A stretch of 4,579 nucleotides of DNA from a virus (lineage: Duplodnaviria; Heunggongvirae; Uroviricota; Caudoviricetes), in IMG/VR virus record IMGVR_UViG_2778261247_000015, positions 1 through 4,579 of that record, one strand, 5' to 3'. The translations under genes were made by a program, and so were the position numbers. This document shows, piece by piece, positions 1-4,579 of the stretch; the first letter of the stretch is position 1, and each line of letters starts with the position of its first letter. The notes beneath the pieces were generated by a model that worked only from the letters and a program-made list of their open reading frames with translations, ran no database searches and had not been told where the DNA came from.

Positions 1-420
1 ATGACGGATTATCAGCCATACAGGAAAGGAACTGTGCTTGCCCCAACTGGGCCATGCAATCATCTTCATGTGATTTGTAATGATCCTGTTTATTACCCCG
101 TTAACGATTGTTATTGTGTTTTAGTTGTTAATATTTCTAGTATCAAGGATGGTGTACCCCACGATCCGTCTTGTGTCTTGAATTCTGGTGATCATCGCTT
201 TATCAAGCATCCAAGTTATGTTGTTTACGCTGAAGCTATAATTTGGCGAGTGGATAACATGGTTAGAAAGCAGCGATCGGGTGAGATTTCTGTTCATGAT
301 GATATGCCAGAAGCTACATTCAATAGAATTCTGGACGGTTTTGATATATCTGATGAAGTTACGCCAAAGAACCTTAAATTTAAAAATAAATATTGCGTAT
401 CATCTATTGATGATGAGTAA
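1..420 (+). CDS. Hypothetical Cys/His-rich protein (139 aa), unknown function; first gene of an AT-rich convergent cassette
   Basis: Complete ORF from ATG at 1 to TAA at 418-420; a start further upstream cannot be excluded because the window begins here. GC is visibly lower (about 38-40% by eye) than the roughly 50% of the minus-strand operon. Six Cys and several His (NHLHVICNDP, HDPSCV, DCYCV). No family recognised. Confidence 0.5.
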   Translation: MTDYQPYRKGTVLAPTGPCNHLHVICNDPVYYPVNDCYCVLVVNISSIKDGVPHDPSCVLNSGDHRFIKHPSYVVYAEAIIWRVDNMVRKQRSGEISVHDDMPEATFNRILDGFDISDEVTPKNLKFKNKYCVSSIDDE

Positions 421-459
421 ACAACAGGAATTGTTTCGGTATAACTTCTGGAGTTTTCT

Positions 460-633
460 ATGGAAGATCAAAAAGCAACCAAGCCACAGGTTAAGTTCGA
501 CACAATGAAAGCATTCGCAGGTATGGGGGCTGCTGTTGAAGTTCTGATGAAGGCTGCTCCTAATGCGTTCACTCACGCTACTGTCTCTGGTAAAGAGCAG
601 CAGGGTAAGCTTCGTCGTCGCAAAGCAGCATGA
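460..633 (+). CDS. Small hypothetical protein (57 aa, MEDQKATKPQVKFDTMKAFAGMGAAVEVLMKAAPNAFTHATVSGKEQQGKLRRRKAA), basic C-terminal tail
   Basis: Absent from the supplied ORF track; found by manual translation. ATG at 460 is preceded by GGAG (450-453) at 6-nt spacing; TGA at 631-633; a strong intrinsic terminator follows 24 nt downstream. Begins 40 nt after the stop of the 1-420 gene, so probably co-transcribed. Confidence 0.5.
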   Translation: MEDQKATKPQVKFDTMKAFAGMGAAVEVLMKAAPNAFTHATVSGKEQQGKLRRRKAA

Positions 634-652
634 TCATAGCTGGTGCTTTTTG

Positions 653-682
653 AAAACCCGCCTTCAGGCGGGTTTTTTCTTT
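653..682. terminator. Bidirectional rho-independent terminator between convergent transcription units
   Basis: AAAA-CCCGCC(657-662)-TTCA-GGCGGG(667-672)-TTTTTTCTTT. Perfect 6-bp GC-rich stem with 4-nt loop; T-run on the plus strand and A-run (T-run for minus-strand transcripts) on the other side. Sits 24 nt after the 460-633 stop and immediately after the minus-strand stop at 681-683. Confidence 0.75.
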
Positions 683-962
683 AGTGATGTTCTTTGTCCT
701 TCTGTTTGACTGTTCTGACCTGTTCCCACTCGATACGTCCTTCTTCTCGCCTTTTGTCTATGTATTCCGCAAGATCTTGAATATTGATGCAACGTTTTGC
801 TTTTTGTGATGTGCCGATGCGATATGTTGGAACGGGCAACTTACAAGCGTTTGCTTTTGCCTCTGCCGTGGCTGGACTCATACCAAAGTACTTTTGGCTA
901 ACTGCTGAGAGTTCAATGTTTGGGGTATTGAATTCAGCCATCAGTAAAAACAAGGTGTTCAT
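681..962 (-). CDS. Excisionase-like / PrtN-family DNA-binding protein (93 aa from MNTLFLLMAEF...)
   Basis: ORF 681-989; the GTG at 989 and ATG at 974 lack an SD, whereas ATG at 962 is preceded by GGAG at 6 nt, so 962 is the preferred start. Sequence ...SAVSQKYFGMSPATAEAKANACKLPVPTYRIGTSQKAKRCINIQDLAEYIDKRR resembles PrtN/excisionase-like small DNA-binding proteins of enterobacterial prophages (recalled similarity, not searched). Last gene of the leftward operon, ending at the terminator. Confidence 0.55.
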   Translation of the reverse strand: MNTLFLLMAEFNTPNIELSAVSQKYFGMSPATAEAKANACKLPVPTYRIGTSQKAKRCINIQDLAEYIDKRREEGRIEWEQVRTVKQKDKEHH

Positions 963-998
963 AATTTTCTCCATCAAAACCGGCTGCACCCGGGAAAA

Positions 999-1571
999 TC
1001 ATAATTCTGTGCTGGTGGCAGGAATTAATTTCTGCCAGATAGCGGAAACATATTTTGCCTGATGACGGGCATCAGCCAGGGCGTTGTGCCGTTCGCCATC
1101 GAAAGGCATGTCCATTTTGGGGTCGAATCCGATGGAACGCCCAAGCGTAACGATCGTGCGCACATCGTGATCATTCCAGTACGCCCACGGGCAGATTTGT
1201 CCTGCTCGCTCGTAAGCTCCACGTAAAATTACGTTGTCGAAGTTGGCTCCGTTACCCCAGACTTTTAAATATTTCGTATTGTCTGCGTGCCGATTGATGA
1301 AATGGCTCAGTTCAGAGAGTGCATCGCTGATCGACAAAGTATCATCAATGCAGATTGCAGCTCGTGCTTCAGGGCTTTGTTTCAACCACCACAGGATGGT
1401 ATCGCCGTCAGGTGTAGCTCCTTGCTTCATAGCACTGTCCAGGCTGACAACCGCATAGAATTCTTGTCCGATGTCTCCGGTTTCTGGGGTGAAGAACACC
1501 GCGCCAATAGAAACGATCGGCGCATCCTTATTTTTCCCCATCGTCTCAAGGTCGATCATTAAGTTGTTCAT
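999..1571 (-). CDS. DEDDh-family 3'-5' exonuclease (DnaQ-like fold, phage-type)
   Basis: Translation carries Exo I (MIDLETMG, D-x-E), Exo II (WGNGANFDNVIL) and Exo III (HNALADARH, H-x4-D) motifs. ATG at 1571 overlaps the upstream TGA by 1 nt (TGATG) with AGGAGG 7 nt upstream; the track's GTG at 1574 is a less likely start. Confidence 0.8.
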   Translation of the reverse strand: MNNLMIDLETMGKNKDAPIVSIGAVFFTPETGDIGQEFYAVVSLDSAMKQGATPDGDTILWWLKQSPEARAAICIDDTLSISDALSELSHFINRHADNTKYLKVWGNGANFDNVILRGAYERAGQICPWAYWNDHDVRTIVTLGRSIGFDPKMDMPFDGERHNALADARHQAKYVSAIWQKLIPATSTEL

Positions 1572-2167
1572 CACTTCACCTCCTGCGGCGGTTCCGGTAG
1601 CGGCATCCAGTGAGTTGCTTGCTCAATACCATTACCCGGCTTAATCGTTGCATCTCCGCGCCGAAAAGTGCTTCCGGTATAGCGTGCGGAGCATATTAGC
1701 GGTTCAACCAGAGAGCTATCGAAATTCACCGAAATGAGCACGTTCTGATTCTTCTCAGGCATTCGCTCACTACAGCTTATCCAACTATCCGGAGTTACCG
1801 GAGAGTTGGTTGACGTTTCCGAGGTTTCCCGAAAATTATTGGTTGACGAATCCTTATTTTCCCGAAAGTTTCCAGCCTGAAGCATGGCGGCGCGGTGACA
1901 CCAGATAATCCAGCCAAGCGCCATATCCCATGCCATGTATTCGCTATCGCCATTTTTTGCCCTGCGACGATCTACAGATTCCCCGAAACGCTTCTCCATA
2001 AATAATTCATAGGCTGCCCGTTCATCCGATACTGCTTCCAGCGATGCCAGCGCAATCCGTGCCAGCTCTTCCGCTTCTTCTGCTGGCAGTACAACGTTGC
2101 TACCAGGTCCGTATGTTTTGCGCCACTCCTTGATTGTCAGCAGTCGCTCTTTGGTAATAGTGGTCAT
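1571..2167 (-). CDS. DUF551-domain prophage protein (198 aa) with an internal 11-aa tandem repeat linker
   Basis: ATG at 2167 with AGAGGA 7 nt upstream. C-terminal region (...GNGIEQATHWMPLPEPP) resembles the DUF551 domain common in lambdoid early regions (recalled). The central linker FRENKDSSTNN/FRETSETSTNS is encoded by a 33-bp tandem repeat. Confidence 0.7.
   Translation of the reverse strand: MTTITKERLLTIKEWRKTYGPGSNVVLPAEEAEELARIALASLEAVSDERAAYELFMEKRFGESVDRRRAKNGDSEYMAWDMALGWIIWCHRAAMLQAGNFRENKDSSTNNFRETSETSTNSPVTPDSWISCSERMPEKNQNVLISVNFDSSLVEPLICSARYTGSTFRRGDATIKPGNGIEQATHWMPLPEPPQEVK
1806..1871. repeat. 33-bp imperfect tandem direct repeat (2 copies) inside the DUF551 gene
   Basis: Copy A 1806-1838 TTGGTTGACGtttccgaggTTTCCCGAAAatta; copy B 1839-1871 TTGGTTGACGaatccttatTTTCCCGAAAgttt; about 25 of 33 positions identical by manual alignment, in frame (11 codons). 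Confidence 0.7.
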
Positions 2168-2170
2168 GTG

Positions 2171-2320
2171 TTAGTCCTCTGTAGCAGGTGATACGCCGTA
2201 GTTGCATTCTTCATAGAATATGTCTCTGCCTATTTCTTCGGCATCCTCTGGCGTGTCTGCTTCAAACTCAACAACCTTGCAATCATTAAATCCTTCGATA
2301 GTCACGATGTACTTAGCCAT
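2171..2320 (-). CDS. Small highly acidic hypothetical protein (49 aa, MAKYIVTIEGFNDCKVVEFEADTPEDAEEIGRDIFYEECNYGVSPATED)
   Basis: The track gives a 76-aa ORF from 2401, but that would overlap the upstream gene by 80 nt. The internal ATG at 2320 has GGAG about 7 nt upstream and sits 1 nt after the upstream TGA (2322-2324). 14 Asp/Glu against 3 Lys/Arg. Stop TAA at 2171-2173 lies 3 nt before the next start. Confidence 0.45.
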   Translation of the reverse strand: MAKYIVTIEGFNDCKVVEFEADTPEDAEEIGRDIFYEECNYGVSPATED

Positions 2321-2321
2321 A

Positions 2322-2921
2322 TCACTCTCCTTTGATGCGAATGCCTGCGGCGCGTGGCACATTAACTTCCACGATGCGCACAGTTGGTTTGTACATCTCA
2401 ATCGCTGTCAGCCAGTCAGCGCCGGTCATATGCTTTTCTGCATCGCCATTAGTCCATTGAACCGGCACACCAATAGCTTTCATCGCAATTTCTATTTCCC
2501 CGGCAATGGCGCTTTTCCCGCAACCAGTAAAACCAGAGACAACGACAAGAACTTCGCCTTTGGCTGGTTTTATTTCCCGTGCTTCCAGTTCAGCAATACG
2601 CTTACTCCCATCCGAGATAACACCTTCGTAATACTCACGCTGCTCGTTGAGTTTTGATTTTGCTGCCTCCAGTTCGTCCAGTAGTGCAATCACATCAGGG
2701 TCACTGTCATCAACTACTGTTACGCGTGATTTTTCATAATGCTCGTCGGCAAGTGTTCGACCAATTTTGAAATCTCCATCACCACCATAACTGGAGCAGG
2801 CATAAGTGACATGTGCTCCAGATATACGCTGTATTGACATTTCCTCGCCACAAACAGAGCATTCAGGTACTGGCTTAGGTGAATAACGTTCCCGTAGCGC
2901 CTGATAATCAATCTCGCTCAC
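2322..2921 (-). CDS. Ea22-like prophage early-region protein (putative); N-terminal Cys cluster and central coiled-coil-like segment
   Basis: GTG start at 2921 overlaps the upstream TGA (GTGA) with AGGAGG 7 nt upstream. N-terminus MSEIDYQALRE... and overall architecture recall ead/Ea22-like proteins; CSVCGEEM...YACSSYGG suggests a zinc-ribbon-like element; LLDELEAAKSKLNEQREYYE...IAELEARE is coiled-coil-like. Family assignment is low confidence. Confidence 0.5.
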   Translation of the reverse strand: MSEIDYQALRERYSPKPVPECSVCGEEMSIQRISGAHVTYACSSYGGDGDFKIGRTLADEHYEKSRVTVVDDSDPDVIALLDELEAAKSKLNEQREYYEGVISDGSKRIAELEAREIKPAKGEVLVVVSGFTGCGKSAIAGEIEIAMKAIGVPVQWTNGDAEKHMTGADWLTAIEMYKPTVRIVEVNVPRAAGIRIKGE

Positions 2922-3403
2922 TGGTTGCCCTCCTTCATAAAAATAATCCAGTGGGTCTTGTCACCCTTTCCTGTTCGTTGACCGATAACAGGCTTTCTGT
3001 CGGTCAGTGCCAATATCTGGCGAACAGGTATTTGCGTTTCATTCCATTTAAAAATCAGAACGCCGTATGGCCACAACACACGAAAGGCTTCTTTGAATCC
3101 CTGCCGTAAATCATCACGCCAGGTATCTTTATTCAGCCGTCCATATTTCTTTCCCATCCAGGCGTTATCACCAACACGCTCAAGATGCGGAGGGTCGAAT
3201 ACAACCATCGAAAAGGATGCGTCTGCAAATGGTAGTGCACGAAAATCAGCTATCAGGTCAGGACTGATAATCAGGCGTCGTCCATCACACAATGTGTGCT
3301 CTTCCTTTCTGATATCGCTAAATATCGCCCGGTCGTCATTCTTATCGAACCAGAACATGCGACTGCCACAGCACATGTCGAGGATTGCTGCATGTCCAGT
3401 CAC
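2918..3403 (-). CDS. Small SAM-dependent methyltransferase-like protein (putative phage N6-adenine/N4-cytosine DNA methyltransferase, about 161 aa)
   Basis: ILDMCCGSRMFWF resembles SAM-binding motif I and VVFDPPH resembles the (D/N)PP(Y/F/H) catalytic motif IV of amino-methyltransferases. Preferred start is GTG at 3403, overlapping the upstream TGA (GTGA) with AAAGGAGG 6 nt upstream; the track's ATG at 3436 would overlap the upstream gene by 37 nt. Confidence 0.55.
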   Translation of the reverse strand: MTGHAAILDMCCGSRMFWFDKNDDRAIFSDIRKEEHTLCDGRRLIISPDLIADFRALPFADASFSMVVFDPPHLERVGDNAWMGKKYGRLNKDTWRDDLRQGFKEAFRVLWPYGVLIFKWNETQIPVRQILALTDRKPVIGQRTGKGDKTHWIIFMKEGNQ

Positions 3404-3750
3404 TGGCTGCCTCCTTTGCGAAGCCGTTCCGCCCATTCTTCAAGGGATTTCTCTGCATATTCACCGGACAGGCCATCAATCGGATGCGATTCATTAGCTA
3501 ACTCTTCTTTTGCTGACAGAATCATGCGTGTAACGTCGAAAACTTCAGCCAAAGGCTTATTGATAAATCCGTGATTGAAAGCAGCAGCAAGACGGCTTGC
3601 GGTATAGTTAATACCCTCGTTGCGAGCCTCAGCACGTACTTCATCGAATTTACGCACCAGATACTCAGCATTTGTTTCATTCACTTTCAGATCTCGCGGT
3701 ACACATTTCCCGCGAAGAAACCCTTCCATTTCGAAAACATTCATGCGCAT
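3400..3750 (-). CDS. Hypothetical protein (116 aa), unknown function
   Basis: ATG at 3750 with GGAG about 8 nt upstream; overlaps the HD gene stop (3741-3743) by 10 nt. No recognisable motif; predicted helix-rich, acidic C-terminus (EEWAERLRKGG). Confidence 0.55.
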   Translation of the reverse strand: MRMNVFEMEGFLRGKCVPRDLKVNETNAEYLVRKFDEVRAEARNEGINYTASRLAAAFNHGFINKPLAEVFDVTRMILSAKEELANESHPIDGLSGEYAEKSLEEWAERLRKGGSQ

Positions 3751-4277
3751 TTGCGTAACTCCGATAACTCGTTAAAACGTTCCATAAACATCCCATAGGC
3801 ATGGCCTGGCGACAGTGGAATAACTTTGAACATCTCTGTTGCCGGGATACCTTCCAGAACAGGCCAGAAAGAGCCATCATCAAGCCCGAGATCACGGCGT
3901 TCGGTTGCCAGCATAATGAGATCGGCATATTTCACTGGCGTGCTCATAACAGGAGGTAACCCGTATTTCTCACGGATTACGGCGTCTATTTTTTCTTCCA
4001 TCCGTTTATAGTCAGGAAGAAGTCGTTTCAGTGGCGCGGGGATGTCCTGGCAATATGCTTCTGTTGCATCATGCATTAACGCTTCAAAAGCAAATTCCTG
4101 CGGCACCAGCTGGCTGCAAAGCACCGCATGCTGGGCGACACTGTAGAAGTGTGAAAGATGTCCTGCAAAGCGACAGATATTTGAAAGGGAAACTGCGATA
4201 TCGTTAATCACGATGTCGTCTTTATTTATCTTGTCATAATAAAAATGCTTCCCGGAAAAAGTTTTAATAAATGACAT
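3741..4277 (-). CDS. HD-domain phosphohydrolase (YfbR-like 5'-deoxynucleotidase family, putative)
   Basis: Metal-binding pattern H...H...HD...D: NICRFAGHLSHFYSVAQHAV then LMHDATEAYCQDIPAPLK, closely matching the HD-domain signature of YfbR-type nucleotidases. The track start at 4289 is GTG; ATG at 4277 has GGAG 6 nt upstream and is preferred. Confidence 0.8.
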   Translation of the reverse strand: MSFIKTFSGKHFYYDKINKDDIVINDIAVSLSNICRFAGHLSHFYSVAQHAVLCSQLVPQEFAFEALMHDATEAYCQDIPAPLKRLLPDYKRMEEKIDAVIREKYGLPPVMSTPVKYADLIMLATERRDLGLDDGSFWPVLEGIPATEMFKVIPLSPGHAYGMFMERFNELSELRKCA

Positions 4278-4371
4278 TTCGTTCTCCACTTTATATGCGC
4301 TGCACCGCGCTGAATTCTGCTAAAAGGAAGCTCTCACCATCCGGTGATTATTGAGTTAATTACGTTTCCAT

Positions 4372-4393
4372 AAATGCCCCCGCAGGGGCATTT
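4372..4393. promoter_or_regulatory. Perfect 9-bp inverted repeat (AAATGCCCC-cgca-GGGGCATTT) in the intergenic region upstream of the HD gene
   Basis: Positions 4372-4380 are the exact reverse complement of 4385-4393 with a 4-nt loop. No U-tract on either strand, so not a canonical intrinsic terminator; could be an operator, an RNA stability or processing hairpin, or a weak terminator. Confidence 0.4.
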
Positions 4394-4405
4394 GCAGTAA
4401 TGAAA

Positions 4406-4579
4406 TCAGGCGGTGAAAGTACCAATAAAGGTTTCTACTTTGCTGTCTTTGAATTTCTCAACAAGCAGATCACGAAATTCGTTAGCCATTTCTTCCTGCA
4501 TCGCTTCCAGCTGAATAATGCGCAGAACCAGTACAGGACGATCGCCAGTGATAATGCTGAGGCGTAATTTAAACGGACG
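4406..4579 (-). CDS. 5'-truncated hypothetical CDS (C-terminal 57 aa ...[56 protein letters not shown])
   Basis: Open minus-strand frame runs from the window edge (4579) to TGA at 4406-4408 with no internal stop. Missed by the track because its start lies outside the window. Function unknown. Confidence 0.4.
   Translation of the reverse strand, partial: RPFKLRLSIITGDRPVLVLRIIQLEAMQEEMANEFRDLLVEKFKDSKVETFIGTFTA

Noticed and set aside
281-508. 75-aa plus-strand ORF overlapping the end of the 1-420 gene and the start of the 460-633 ORF in another frame
   Set aside because: No SD, overlaps two better-supported ORFs, and has a Leu/Phe-rich composition typical of an off-frame read of AT-rich DNA.
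784-1062. 92-aa plus-strand ORF antisense to the excisionase-like and exonuclease genes
   Set aside because: Lies entirely antisense to motif-bearing minus-strand genes and has no start signals; the same applies to plus-strand ORFs 1234-1458, 1287-1562, 2220-2657, 2879-3109, 3093-3497, 3296-3574, 3571-3798 and 3826-4011.
1025-1222. 65-aa minus-strand ORF in an alternative frame inside the exonuclease gene
   Set aside because: Nested inside a gene with clear DEDDh motifs; no independent support. The same applies to 2720-2911 and 3677-3928.
2171-2401. Long 76-aa form of the small acidic gene starting at 2401
   Set aside because: Would overlap the upstream Ea22-like gene by 80 nt and has no SD; the internal ATG at 2320 has GGAG and abuts the upstream stop.
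2918-3436. 172-aa form of the methyltransferase starting at ATG 3436
   Set aside because: Overlaps the upstream gene by 37 nt, whereas GTG at 3403 has AAAGGAGG at ideal spacing and a GTGA stop/start overlap. The ATG start is not fully excluded.
4290-4330. Possible sigma70 promoter (TATAAA-like -10) just upstream of the HD gene on the minus strand
   Set aside because: The -35 match is poor and it would leave almost no 5' UTR; the operon is more likely transcribed from a promoter outside the window. Mentioned only as a weak possibility.
1-4579. CRISPR arrays, tRNA/rRNA genes, IS elements or att sites
   Set aside because: No regularly spaced direct repeats, no tRNA-like cloverleaf segments and no terminal inverted repeats or transposase-like ORFs were seen. 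The only repeats are the 33-bp in-gene tandem and the short hairpins already reported.

Overview
This window reads as the early-left (recombination/accessory) region of a lambdoid-type enterobacterial prophage. Eight or nine tightly packed genes lie on the minus strand, most joined by overlapping stop/start codons (GTGA, ATGA, TGATG) with Shine-Dalgarno motifs inside the upstream gene. In transcription order (high to low coordinates) they are: a 5'-truncated unknown ORF, an HD-domain phosphohydrolase, a 116-aa unknown, a small SAM-dependent (DNA) methyltransferase-like protein, an Ea22-like protein, a 49-aa highly acidic protein, a DUF551 protein with an internal 33-bp tandem repeat, a DEDDh 3'-5' exonuclease and a PrtN/excisionase-like protein. 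That operon ends at a bidirectional rho-independent terminator (657-678). Converging on the same terminator from the plus strand is an AT-rich two-gene cassette (1-420 and an ORF at 460-633 that is missing from the supplied track) with no family I can recognise; this is the best candidate for an undescribed accessory or defence module. All family assignments come from reading motifs in the translations by eye; no database search was run.
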